DNA of 40,693 nucleotides from Thermoplasmata archaeon (lineage in GTDB: Archaea; Thermoplasmatota; Thermoplasmata; Lutacidiplasmatales; UBA184), in assembly GCA_030041735.1 (NCBI GenBank), contig JASIBA010000040.1, forward strand, positions 1 through 40,693. The letters are read 5' to 3'. Positions 1 to 9,300 of the stretch are shown piece after piece. Positions within the stretch are counted from its first letter, which is position 1; each line of letters opens with the position of its first letter. Both the position numbers and the translations under genes were made by a program. The notes below the pieces were generated by a model that was not told the DNA's origin, did no database searches, and saw nothing but the letters and a program-made list of their open reading frames with translations.

Positions 1-521
1 GCCTTCGGGCGAAGATCCGTCGCGGCAGTGTACCCCGGTGGACCTCTGGACTCAACGAGGCGGGTAGGGCGAACAATGGTCCAAGGCGCCGGACCGGAAC
101 GCACAACATTCTCCATGGCGCTTGAATCCAGCTGCACCCGATGGTAGATTAGACGGATGAGGAGGACCAGAGGATTTCGCGTCGGGAAGAGCAGAGCCTG
201 AGAGATGACCAGATACCGCAGGTTTGGGTTCGAGCGGGAGATAGCGGCTTCGGTGGCGACTGCGGCGTCACGAAGCAAGTACGGAGCCACGCCGGATGTC
301 TGACCCAAGCACGATACCACCACATCTTGCCCAGCGAGAAGTGGCACCAGGTCACTCTCGGAGAGCGGATTGGCCACGACCACCCGCAATCCGGGCTGGC
401 CCCCTTCGGCAACTCTCCCAGGCTGGCGCACGACTGCCGTCACCGAGTGGCCGCGCTCGAGGGCGCGGTCCAAGAACACTCTCCCGGTTCGGCCGCTGGC
501 CCCGAGCAACAGAATCTTCAT
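1..521 (-). CDS. NAD(P)H-binding protein, biliverdin reductase B/flavin reductase-like atypical SDR (3' end runs off the window)
   Basis: Not in the ORF track because no stop lies in the window. My translation from ATG 521 reads MKILLLGASGRTGRVFLDRALERGHSVTAVVR...QDVVVSCLG...DSSAMENVVRSGPAPWTIVRP, with a GxxGxxG Rossmann motif and the WTIVRP motif. Confidence 0.85.
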   Translation of the reverse strand, partial: MKILLLGASGRTGRVFLDRALERGHSVTAVVRQPGRVAEGGQPGLRVVVANPLSESDLVPLLAGQDVVVSCLGQTSGVAPYLLRDAAVATEAAISRSNPNLRYLVISQALLFPTRNPLVLLIRLIYHRVQLDSSAMENVVRSGPAPWTIVRPTRLVESRGPPGYTAATDLRPK

Positions 522-597
522 GGAGCCACGCAGGCAGCGCAGAAGCGCGACTCTTGCAAAGGTGCTTACCGGGGTGGACGCAGCGTGGGGGGCTTAT

Positions 598-768
598 AAG
601 AAGTCGAGGAAGAACTCTGACACGAAATGGGGTGCCAGCAGGATCGTGGGCTCGGACGAGCGCAAGCTCCGGGTGGGGGATTATCGCCTATTCGCGGTGC
701 TCCCGCCGGCAGCGCGGACGATCACGGTGGAGGGGGTTGATCACCCCTGCAGAGTCTACCGACGATAG
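598..768 (+). pseudogene. RelE/ParE-type toxin remnant (C-terminal half)
   Basis: GASRIVGSDERKLRVGDYRLFAVLPPAARTITVEGVDHPCRVYRR* resembles the RelE C-terminus (LRVGDYR...IGHR..VY). There is no credible N-terminus and no antitoxin. The left boundary is approximate. Confidence 0.55.
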
Positions 769-945
769 CGCACGACGGGCCGGTTCTTGGTTGGATTTGA
801 GTCGCCGGAGGGCTCGGATCCCCGCCCCGGGCGCCGATCCCGACCCCCGCGAGCGCCCTCCGTCTTTGTGTCCACTCCAGATCCGGCCCGGAGGGCCCCG
901 ATTTGGCGTCCCGGACGACGACTCCCACGTCTCGAGTTGAGCCGA

Positions 946-1560
946 TCACCGAACGTCCTTGCGGACGAGCACGTTGCTTTGCCCGAACGGTCGAACGACT
1001 CGGAACCCTTCTCGCTCGAACATCCCGACCGAGCCGAACCATGTCGCGACCGCCTTTCCGTGCGTGGCCGGATAGGCTTCCACGAGCCCTCCTCCGTGTC
1101 GGTGTATCGCTGCCAACGCTGCCTGAAGGGCAAAGTTCGCCACTCCCAACCGGCGGCTCGGTCGATCCACGAAGAAGCAGGTGATCCTCCATTCCGCGGG
1201 CTCGGCCAGCTGGCTGACCATCGACCGGTACTTCCGCCCTCGATCAATCCGGGGCAAATCCTGTCGCCGGCCGAACTGGCACCACCCGACGGGCCGACCG
1301 GCGCGATACACCAGTATGCCGTGTGCGTGGCCGCTCCACAGGAGCGCCCGATGGTCGCGTCGATTGGCCGCCTGGCGACTTCGGCTTCCCAAGGGCCCCG
1401 TGGGTCCCTCCCGATGGTAGAACATGCACCAGCACCCCGCCTGAACCCCGTGATACTTCTGGAAGAGCGTCACGAAATCCTTCCAGTTGGCGGGAGAAAG
1501 TTCGCGCGCTCGCAGCGAGGGAGGTCCCGGTCCCGACGCGCGCTGGACGTCCGCCATCAT
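946..1560 (-). CDS. GNAT family acetyltransferase
   Basis: C-terminal part of track ORF 946..2748, with GCWCMFY, VGWCQFG, WRITCFFVDRPSRRLGVA (acetyl-CoA motif A) and VEAYP. ATG at 1560 or 1557. Confidence 0.85.
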   Translation of the reverse strand: MMADVQRASGPGPPSLRARELSPANWKDFVTLFQKYHGVQAGCWCMFYHREGPTGPLGSRSRQAANRRDHRALLWSGHAHGILVYRAGRPVGWCQFGRRQDLPRIDRGRKYRSMVSQLAEPAEWRITCFFVDRPSRRLGVANFALQAALAAIHRHGGGLVEAYPATHGKAVATWFGSVGMFEREGFRVVRPFGQSNVLVRKDVR

Positions 1561-1589
1561 CGCGGGGCCCGGCATCCCGGAGGCCGCCC

Positions 1590-2081
1590 TCAGGCCGGGG
1601 CCTGGTCCATGAATTTCAACAGTTTCTCGAAACTTCGGAGCAGAGCCCGGATCTCGTCGGGCTCCAGCGAGGATACGAATCGGGCGACGATCTCCTTGTG
1701 TCGCTTTCGGGCCACTGCAAACAGCTTCCGGCCGGCCGGAGTCAGCTGTACATTCACCACCCTCCGGTCCGAGGAATCTCTCACCCTCCGCACCAGACCC
1801 TTCCCTTCCATTACGTCGATGATCGCGGTCACCGCGGCCTTGGTCACGAGGTTCTCGTCGCTCAACCGGACCATGGGAGTCGGGCCGGAGTCCGACAACT
1901 GCTCGAGGACGGCGAACTCGGTGAGTCTCAAGTCGGCCTTCCCGAAGGCCTTCTCGAAGTAGTGGGGCAGCCTCCGGCTGGCCAGGTTCATGGCACGGAA
2001 GACCACCGCAGGACTGGGGGTCGGCTCCCGCATCGGTGCCTTGTCCCTGGTGGATGAGGTGTCCGGTCGGCGGGTTGGCAT
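1590..2081 (-). CDS. MarR family transcriptional regulator
   Basis: LRLTEFAVLEQL...VTKAAVTAIIDVMEGKGLVRRVRDSSDRRVVNVQLTPAG (MarR wing DRR motif). The start could be 2033. Confidence 0.9.
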   Translation of the reverse strand: MPTRRPDTSSTRDKAPMREPTPSPAVVFRAMNLASRRLPHYFEKAFGKADLRLTEFAVLEQLSDSGPTPMVRLSDENLVTKAAVTAIIDVMEGKGLVRRVRDSSDRRVVNVQLTPAGRKLFAVARKRHKEIVARFVSSLEPDEIRALLRSFEKLLKFMDQAPA

Positions 2082-2147
2082 CGTGACGTCTCTCGACAGA
2101 CGGTTCGTCTGCCACTGCCAGACGGCCGACCCTTAAGGCAATTGCTG

Positions 2148-2184
2148 TATGGTAAGGTGTTAAGTAGTTCACCACTTTACCATA
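2148..2184. promoter_or_regulatory. Inverted repeat around a TATA-like element, putative MarR operator
   Basis: tatggtaaggtg (2148-2159) and cactttaccata (2173-2184) are 11/12 complementary and flank ttaagta. The repeat lies in an AT-rich patch between divergent marR and the oxidoreductase. Confidence 0.6.
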
Positions 2185-2371
2185 TTGCCATGCGCCTCGA
2201 GACCGTGGGCACGAACGGCCCCCCGAGACCCACCCCGATCGGCGCGCTCGAGGCACGAGGTCGCGCCGGGGCTCATCCGGGATACGCCATCGCTGGGACG
2301 CTCGGTCGCGTCGACCGGCGCGGACGCCCCGCGTTCGTGGGACCGGTCGCCTCCGGCGGCGGGAGCCCTCC

Positions 2372-3328
2372 ATGAAGGCGATCGTCCAAGACCGATACGG
2401 ACACGCCGACTCGCTGAAGCTCGCCGATGTGGAGACGCCGGTTCCGGACGCGACCAGCGTGCTCCTCCGAGTTCGTTCCGCGTCGGTGAACAGCCTGGAC
2501 TGGCGTATCATGTCGGGCCGGCCGCTCGTCGGTCGCCTCCTGGGATTTGGCCTGCGGCGGCCCAAGCGGAGGATCCGCGGGGTCGACGTGGCAGGCGAGG
2601 TCCTCGCGGTGCGGAAGTCCGACTCGCGGTTCAGGGTGGGCGACGCCGTGTACGGCCTGGGCAGCGGATCGTTCGCCGAGTACGTGTCCGCGGACGAACG
2701 CGAGCTTTCGAAGAAGCCGGACGGGGTCACCTTCGACGACGCGGCCACTCTCGGAATCGCCGCGTTTACGGCGCTCCAGGCCCTACGGGATCGGGGTCAC
2801 GTTCGGTCGGGCCAGTCCGTGGCCATCACGGGGGCAGGCAGTGGCGTCGGCACGTTCGCCGTCCAGCTCGCCAAGTGGATGGGAGCGCGGGTGACCGCGG
2901 TTACGCGGTCCGAGAACGTCGAGTTGCTGCGTGCCGTCGGGGCCGACGTGGTCGTGGACTACGACAAATCGGACTTCACTCGGGGACCCGATCGCTACGA
3001 CGTCATCGTGGACATCTCGGGTCTGAGTGGGATGGGGGCCCTGCTGCGGACCCTGACACCGGAGGGTACCTTGGTGTGTGTCGGAGGCCGGGGTGGTTTC
3101 GGTCGGTTCATCCAGGCCGGACTTCGTCGCCGATTGCTCCGGCAGCGGGTCTGGGGCCTCTTGTCGAAGCCCAACGCGGACGACATGGCGCGACTGGGCG
3201 ACCTCGTGGTCCAAGGGCGCCTGAAGCCCGTCGTCGACCACGTCTACTCTCTTCCGGAAGCGCCGGAAGCGATGGCCCAAGCCGAGCTCCGGCAGGCGCG
3301 AGGGAAACTTGTCATTCACGTTTCCTGA
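2372..3328 (+). CDS. NAD(P)-dependent medium-chain dehydrogenase/quinone oxidoreductase (MDR family)
   Basis: MKAIVQDRYG, SVNSLDW, GVDVAGEV, ITGAGSGVGTFAVQLAK, ARGKLVI. Confidence 0.9.
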   Translation: MKAIVQDRYGHADSLKLADVETPVPDATSVLLRVRSASVNSLDWRIMSGRPLVGRLLGFGLRRPKRRIRGVDVAGEVLAVRKSDSRFRVGDAVYGLGSGSFAEYVSADERELSKKPDGVTFDDAATLGIAAFTALQALRDRGHVRSGQSVAITGAGSGVGTFAVQLAKWMGARVTAVTRSENVELLRAVGADVVVDYDKSDFTRGPDRYDVIVDISGLSGMGALLRTLTPEGTLVCVGGRGGFGRFIQAGLRRRLLRQRVWGLLSKPNADDMARLGDLVVQGRLKPVVDHVYSLPEAPEAMAQAELRQARGKLVIHVS

Positions 3329-3506
3329 GCCCCCGACGTCGGCCGCGGCGTTCCCGAGCGACCCGGATCCGAGGTCGAGCGGGGGTGAGACGCGCTTGCG
3401 GACACACCCCGCGGTTCCGTCGACGGCAGCGCCCGCCGGTGCGGCCGTGGGCGGCGTTTCGGCCACCCTCTTGCAGCCCCGAACCGTGGAGCCCTAAGAG
3501 CAGCGC

Positions 3507-3998
3507 ATGCGACCGCGGTTCATCGGAGCCATGGGTCTGATCACCAGCAGCCTGGCGAAAGGACGTGCGCTGTACGTCGACGCCCTGGGTCTACCGCTTC
3601 GACAGGCCGAAGGAGCCGGCTTCCTGCACAGCACGAGATTGGGTGGGGGCCGCTACTTCGGCGTATGGCCCCTTTCCGAAGCCGCGCGGACCTGCTTCAG
3701 GACCGACCGCTGGCCGACGGATCGCCCGGTCCCGCAGATGTTCATCGAGTTCGAGATGGCCAACCCCGCCGCCGTCTCCGCGGCCGCCTCGGAATTCGAG
3801 TCCAAGGGCTACACCCCCCTGCACCGCCCACGGACCGATCCCTGGGGTCAGACCGTCGCCCGGTTTCAAACGGAGGATGGGGTCATCGTCGGGATTTCGT
3901 ACGTTCCCTGGATGCACCGACCTGCCGGGCCGAAGGCGAAGCGCGCCCGCGCTTCGAGGAGGGCGAGGCGGGTGCCCCTGGCCCGAGCCGGACGGTGA
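3507..3998 (+). CDS. VOC/glyoxalase-like protein
   Basis: YVDALGLPL...FEMANPAAV...PRTDPWGQTVARFQTEDGVIVGI. Confidence 0.75.
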   Translation: MRPRFIGAMGLITSSLAKGRALYVDALGLPLRQAEGAGFLHSTRLGGGRYFGVWPLSEAARTCFRTDRWPTDRPVPQMFIEFEMANPAAVSAAASEFESKGYTPLHRPRTDPWGQTVARFQTEDGVIVGISYVPWMHRPAGPKAKRARASRRARRVPLARAGR

Positions 3999-4162
3999 AC
4001 TGAGCGTCCCGTCGGGGTACGAGCCGCCGCAGAGGACGGATTTCTCGGTGGGCGTGGCGCTCGCGCGACGCGCGCTCATCGGCGCGCGCCCGGGGACTCG
4101 GTCGATGGGGGCGCTCCGCCATCGCCTTAGTCCGGGCGGGCTTCCCCCCCGACGCGAGGCCC

Positions 4163-5230
4163 ATGGCCGTCGTGAAACCCGTCGTTCTGCGCAGCATGAA
4201 GCGGGCGCTGCGCAACCTCGGCGGCGAGAAGGCTCCGGTGATCGCCGGGCACAAGCTGCTCTATCGGTGCAACCTCGAGTGTCAGATGTGCCCGTTCTGG
4301 CGCCGCGAGGACGAAGAGCTCCTCGGGCTGGCCGACGAGATCCGCATCATGGAGGCCCTGGCCCGCGCCGGGGTCTCGTTCCTCGGCTTCGAGGGCGGGG
4401 AACCGCTCCTCCGCCGGGACGTCGGCGACATTCTGCGGGAGGCCCACGCGCGGTTCCACACTTCGCTCGTCACCAACGGCTGGCTCCTCGAGCATCGACT
4501 GCCCGAGATCGCGGCCCACCTCGACCTGCTGTTCGTCTCGATCGACGGCATCGGTGCGACGCACGACCGGCTGCGGGGGATCCCGCGTTCGTTCGAGCGG
4601 GCCGTGCAGGGCATGCGAGCCTCGCGCGAGGAGGTCCCCACGGTCATCAGCCACACGATGACCCGCGAGAACCTCGACCACGCGGAGCGCGTGGTCGAGC
4701 TGGCGGAGCAGCTGGACATCTCGCTGACGGTCCAGGTCGCCTACGACTACCGGACGGCGAGCCCCATGTCCCCCGAACGGGACCCCTTGCGCCGCGCGAT
4801 CGAGCGGCTGCGCGACCTGCGCAAGAGCGGAGCACCGCTCCTCGAGTCGGTGGAGTACTTCGACACCATCCTCGGCTCGTGGTACGAAGGGCGACCGTGG
4901 CGGTGCAAGCCGTGGCTCACGATCAACATCGACCCGTCCGGGCGGATCGTCCTCCCCTGCTACGTCCTCCAGGAGTACCACGGGAGCCTGCCCGTCTGGG
5001 ATACCGACATCCGCGAGCTCTGGAACTCGTTCGCCTGGACTCCCTACGAGTCGTGCAACAAATGCGCCCTGGCCTGCTACCTGGAGCCGTCCTTGTTCCG
5101 CTGGACCGACTTCACGAACGTCCGGGAACGCGTGATCGACGGCGCCGTGCACTACGTGCAGCGGACGGCGCGCACCTCGTCCCGCGCGACCGCCGGCCAG
5201 CTGATCCAGATCGAGAGCCCGACCGCGTGA
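4163..5230 (+). CDS. Radical SAM/SPASM protein, probably archaeal PTO1314 family
   Basis: CNLECQMC (CxxxCxxC), FEGGEPLL, VTNG, SIDG and a C-terminal Cys cluster (C..PW...PC...CNKCALAC). The AGHKLLY-C..C..CPFW pattern recalls the PTO1314 family from memory. Confidence 0.85.
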   Translation: MAVVKPVVLRSMKRALRNLGGEKAPVIAGHKLLYRCNLECQMCPFWRREDEELLGLADEIRIMEALARAGVSFLGFEGGEPLLRRDVGDILREAHARFHTSLVTNGWLLEHRLPEIAAHLDLLFVSIDGIGATHDRLRGIPRSFERAVQGMRASREEVPTVISHTMTRENLDHAERVVELAEQLDISLTVQVAYDYRTASPMSPERDPLRRAIERLRDLRKSGAPLLESVEYFDTILGSWYEGRPWRCKPWLTINIDPSGRIVLPCYVLQEYHGSLPVWDTDIRELWNSFAWTPYESCNKCALACYLEPSLFRWTDFTNVRERVIDGAVHYVQRTARTSSRATAGQLIQIESPTA

Positions 5231-5312
5231 CGCACGCCGGCGGCGGACCGCCGGAGGCGTCGACCCCGGCGGGACCGTCGGTGGGACCGGCCCGGGCGAA
5301 GCTCGGCGCGGA

Positions 5313-5468
5313 CTACCCGATGAAGACCACGACCACCAGGAGCAGGATGATGACGATGATCCCGGCGCGGACCCAGTGGTAGGTCTGCGTGGTCTGCTGG
5401 TCGATCCGGCGCAGCAGCTCGTTCGGGTCGCTCGGTATCGGTGCGGGGGCAGGCCTTTGGCCGAACAT
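5313..5468 (-). CDS. Small tail-anchored membrane protein (51 aa)
   Basis: MFGQRPAPAPIPSDPNELLRRIDQQTTQTYHWVRAGIIVIILLLVVVVFIG, with one C-terminal TM helix and host-like codon usage. Confidence 0.6.
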   Translation of the reverse strand: MFGQRPAPAPIPSDPNELLRRIDQQTTQTYHWVRAGIIVIILLLVVVVFIG

Positions 5469-5742
5469 GGCGCCGGCAATCCGGCGACGGTCTTGAGCTG
5501 ACCCGAAGCCGCGACTCGCTATCGCACGCCCGACCCCGGGGTCGGCTCCGCCCCCCACTTCGGGCGACGCGTCGGAGCGGGACCCGAGGCACGTCATATC
5601 CCGGGCGGGCTTGGCGCGCTCGAGTCCCGATGTCGGTCCTGCAGAGTCCTTCGGGCGCGACGACCGGGCACGGAACGGGGGAGCGGGAGGCCGGGCCGAC
5701 GCGCGGAGGATCGGCCCGTCGTGCCCCCCGGAGCGGATCGCG

Positions 5743-7485
5743 ATGACGGCGACTGCCGACTCCGGCGTCCTGGTCCTGCACAATGCGAAGATCGCAACCG
5801 TGGACGCGCGCGACTCGTTCGTTGACGCGCTGGCGATCCAGAACGGCAAGGTGGCCGCCGTCGGGTCGGACGCGGAGGAACTCGGACGGCGGAGCGGCGC
5901 CCGCGCCATCGATCTGGGCGGCCGCACGGTCGTGCCCGGCCTCAGCGACGATCACATGCATTTCATCCGCGAGGGACGCCACTACCTCGCGGAGCTCCGG
6001 TGGGACGGAGTTCCCACGCTCGCCGAGGCGATGGAGCGGCTCCGCCAGCAGGCGGCCCGCACGCCGCCCGGACAGTGGACCCGGGTCGTCGGCGGGTGGT
6101 CGGCGTACCAGTTCGCGGAGCGACGGGTCCCCACCCCCGCGGAGATCGCGGCCGCCGGCGGCACCACCCCGGTGCTCGTGCTGCACCTCTACCAGGACGC
6201 CACGCTGAACCCGCCCGGACTGGCGGCCCAGAAGATCGGACCGGGCACCGCCCCTCCGCCCGGAGGCACGATCGAGCACGATCCGAACGGGGCGCTCTCC
6301 GGGCGCGTCCTGGCGACCCCGTCGGCGCCCATCCTGTACGCGGCGGTCGCCGCGATCCCGACCCTGACGCCGGACCAGCAGGTCGTCTCGACCCTCCACT
6401 TCGCGCGCGAGCTCAACCGACTCGGGCTCACGAGCGTCGTCGACGCCGGCGGAGGCCAGCAGTTCTTCCCGGAGGACTACGGCGCGATCCGCGGCATCGT
6501 GGAGCGCGGCGAGCTCACGGTGCGGGTGGCGTACAACCTGTTCACCCAGCGGCCCGGCCACGAGCTGGAGGATTTCCAGCTGTGGGCGCGCCAGCACCGC
6601 CCGAACGAGGGCGACGCGATGTACCACATCAACGGCGCCGGCGAGATGCTCGTCTTCTCCGGCGCGGACTACGAGAACTTCGCCCGTCCCCGGCCCGAAC
6701 TCGAGCCCCGGATGGAGGGCGAGCTCCGGGACGTCGTCCGGTTCCTCGTCCAGCAGCGGTGGCCGTTCCGCCTGCATGCCACCTACGGCGAGACCATCGA
6801 GCGGTTCCTCAACGCGTTCGAGGAGGTGAACGACCACGACCCGCTGAGCTCGGTGCGGTGGTTCTTCGACCACGCCGAGACCGTCGCGGACAAGGATCTC
6901 GACCGGGTCCACCGGCTCGGCGGAGGGATCGCGATCCAGGACCGGATGGCGTTCCAGGGCGAGGACTGCCTGAAGATGTATGGGGAGGCCCGGGCGCGCG
7001 ACGCCCCGCCGATCGCGAAGATGCTCGCGAAGGGCATCCCGATCGCGGGGGGGACCGACGCGACCCGGGTCGCCAGCTACAACCCATGGGTCAACCTCGA
7101 GTGGTTGGTCAGCGGTCGCACGGTCGGGGGAACGGAGCTCTCACGCACCGAGAACCGGCTCTCGCGCGCCCGGGCGCTCCGGCTCATCACGGCCGATGCC
7201 GCGTGGTTCTCGTCCGAGGACGGGCAGAAGGGCTCGCTCGAGGTCGGCCGATGGGCCGATCTCGCGGTGCTCTCCGCCGACTACTTCTCGGTGCCCGACA
7301 CCGAGATCCATCGGATCGAGTCCTTGCTGACCCTCGTGGGAGGCCGCGTGGTGTACGCCGCCGGTCCGTTCCAGTCGCTCGCCCCGCCCCCGCTCCCCGC
7401 GATCGTTCCGACGTGGTCCCCGATCGCCGTCTACGGCGGCTACCCACCGGCGGCCACCCCATCGCCCTCGGTCCGGCCGGGGTAA
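5743..7485 (+). CDS. Amidohydrolase, YtcJ/NfdA-like (amidohydrolase 3 family)
   Basis: LHNAKIATVD, IDLGGRTVVPGLSDDHMH, FRLHA, FFDHAE, GTD, KGSLEVGRWADLAVL. ATG 5743 is preferred over the TTG at 5611. Confidence 0.9.
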   Translation: MTATADSGVLVLHNAKIATVDARDSFVDALAIQNGKVAAVGSDAEELGRRSGARAIDLGGRTVVPGLSDDHMHFIREGRHYLAELRWDGVPTLAEAMERLRQQAARTPPGQWTRVVGGWSAYQFAERRVPTPAEIAAAGGTTPVLVLHLYQDATLNPPGLAAQKIGPGTAPPPGGTIEHDPNGALSGRVLATPSAPILYAAVAAIPTLTPDQQVVSTLHFARELNRLGLTSVVDAGGGQQFFPEDYGAIRGIVERGELTVRVAYNLFTQRPGHELEDFQLWARQHRPNEGDAMYHINGAGEMLVFSGADYENFARPRPELEPRMEGELRDVVRFLVQQRWPFRLHATYGETIERFLNAFEEVNDHDPLSSVRWFFDHAETVADKDLDRVHRLGGGIAIQDRMAFQGEDCLKMYGEARARDAPPIAKMLAKGIPIAGGTDATRVASYNPWVNLEWLVSGRTVGGTELSRTENRLSRARALRLITADAAWFSSEDGQKGSLEVGRWADLAVLSADYFSVPDTEIHRIESLLTLVGGRVVYAAGPFQSLAPPPLPAIVPTWSPIAVYGGYPPAATPSPSVRPG

Positions 7486-7491
7486 CGGGGA

Positions 7492-8823
7492 GTGCCCGTG
7501 ACCTCGGACCGTCCGTCGCCTGCCACGATCCCGACGGCACCCGCCGCCGCGGGGAAGGCCCCGGCGCCGACCGCCTTCGAGGCCCCGTCCGCGGCGGACT
7601 TCGGTCTCACCGCCTTCGCGTTCTTCGTCATCGTGACCGGCGGCGGTCTCCCGACCCCGCTCTACGTGATCTACCAGCACGAGTGGGGCTTCTCGCCGGC
7701 GATCCTCACGGTGATCTTCGCGGCGTACGCCGCCGGGCTCGTCGCCATGCTGCTTCTCTTCGGGCGGCTCTCGGACCGGTTCGGCCGGCGACCGGTCCTG
7801 CTGCTCGCGATCGGGGTCGCGCTCGTGAGCACGGTCGTGTTCCTCCTCGCGACCAACGTGGAGTGGCTGCTCCTGGGCCGGGTGCTCTCGGGGATGTCGG
7901 TCGGGCTCTGCGCGAACACCGCGACCGCGGCGCTCACCGAGTTCGAGCCCCGCGGCGACCGGAACCGCGCCGCGCTCGTCGTCGCGGTGCTGACGGGGCT
8001 GGGCGTCGGGATCGGCCCGCTCTACGCGGGCGTGCTGGCGCAGTACGCGCCCGACCCGCTGACCCTCTCGTTCTGGGTGCTGCTCGGCCTACTGATCGCT
8101 TCGCTCGGCGCCGTGCTCGCGATCCGCGAGCGGGCGCGACCGCGCGCTCCGTCGAGCGGCGCGCTCCGCCACCTCATCCGGGTCCCCGCCGACCTGCGCC
8201 CGATCTTCGCGCTCTCGGGACTGGCCGCGTTCCTCGGCTTCTCGCTCGCGGGGATCTTCAGCGGGCTTTCTCCGTCGTTCCTGGCGGACGACCTCAAGAT
8301 CACGAACCACGCGATCAGCGGTCTCGTCGTGATCCTGATGTTCGGCGTCGGCTCGGTCGCCCCGATCCTCCTGCACCGAGTCCCGCATCACCGCATGATG
8401 CGGGTCGGCGCCGCCTGCGTGCCCCTCGGGCTCCTCGGGATCACCTATGCCGTGTGGACCGCGTCCGCGACCGCGTTCCTGCTGGGCACGGTCGTCTGCG
8501 GAATCGGGTTCGGCCTGGCGCTCCGGGGCGGGATCGGCCTGCTCAACCGGGCCGCCCCGCCGGAGGAGCGGGCCGGGGTGCTCTCGGCGTTCTACGTGGC
8601 CGCGTACCTCGGGCTGAGCGTCCCGGTCATCGGCATCGGGGTCCTGGCGAACGTCGTCGGCCTGCCGACCGCCGCGCTGGTCCTCGCCGTGATCATCTCG
8701 CTGCTCTCCGTCCGGCTCCTCCTGTCGCAGCGGCTCCCGTCGGCCGTTGAGGCGGCGCCGCCAGCGAGCCTCCCGGAGCCCGCGGAACGGCCGGAGGGAA
8801 AGGCCCCGAGGGGACTCTCCTGA
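7492..8823 (+). CDS. MFS transporter
   Basis: About 12 TM segments, LPTPLY, and MFS motif A GRLSDRFGRRPVL. Confidence 0.9.
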   Translation: MPVTSDRPSPATIPTAPAAAGKAPAPTAFEAPSAADFGLTAFAFFVIVTGGGLPTPLYVIYQHEWGFSPAILTVIFAAYAAGLVAMLLLFGRLSDRFGRRPVLLLAIGVALVSTVVFLLATNVEWLLLGRVLSGMSVGLCANTATAALTEFEPRGDRNRAALVVAVLTGLGVGIGPLYAGVLAQYAPDPLTLSFWVLLGLLIASLGAVLAIRERARPRAPSSGALRHLIRVPADLRPIFALSGLAAFLGFSLAGIFSGLSPSFLADDLKITNHAISGLVVILMFGVGSVAPILLHRVPHHRMMRVGAACVPLGLLGITYAVWTASATAFLLGTVVCGIGFGLALRGGIGLLNRAAPPEERAGVLSAFYVAAYLGLSVPVIGIGVLANVVGLPTAALVLAVIISLLSVRLLLSQRLPSAVEAAPPASLPEPAERPEGKAPRGLS

Positions 8824-9209
8824 CGCCCGTCGAGATCGCGGGGTACGTCCTGCGCATCATCCTCGGCGCGAGCTTCCTCTGGTACGGCTACTTCGACGTG
8901 CGGCCGAGCCCCGCGCGGAAGGACGAGTTCCGCCGATGGGGGTTTCGCCCGTACGTCCAGCCGGCCGGAGGGGTCCTCCAGCTGATCGCGGTCGCGCTCC
9001 TGATCCCGACCGAGACGGTCGCCTACGGGGCCGGGCTGCTCCTCGGCATGATGATCTTCTCCCTCTACGTCCACACGGCGATCGACTACCAGCCCCGCCA
9101 GCTGCCGTCGCCCGTGCTGCTCGCCGTGCTCGCGGTCGTCACGGCGTTCCTCTACGGGGGGGCGGCTGCGGGGCCCGTGGGGGAGGTCTTCCGGGCGTGG
9201 TTCGGCTGA
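8820..9209 (+). CDS. DoxX family membrane protein (probable CTG start)
   Basis: Frame reads (M)TPVEIAGYVLRIILGASFLWYG...FRRWGF...GVLQLIAVALL...AGLLLGMMIFSLYVH, matching the DoxX pattern. The first TM helix lies upstream of the track's GTG at 8898. Confidence 0.75.
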   Translation: MTPVEIAGYVLRIILGASFLWYGYFDVRPSPARKDEFRRWGFRPYVQPAGGVLQLIAVALLIPTETVAYGAGLLLGMMIFSLYVHTAIDYQPRQLPSPVLLAVLAVVTAFLYGGAAAGPVGEVFRAWFG

Positions 9210-9300
9210 CGGCGCGCGACCCGGCGGGATCCGTTGAGTTCGACGCGTCCCCGGGCCCGCCCGCGGGAACGGGGTCGAGGCGGCGCTCCGGAGGCAGCTT

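Noticed and set aside
6000..8750. Very long alternative-frame ORFs (e.g. 916 aa 6000..8750, 840 aa 17277..19799, 802 aa 20760..23168)
   Set aside because: Arg/Pro/Gly-rich shadow frames over well-supported genes, as expected at high GC.
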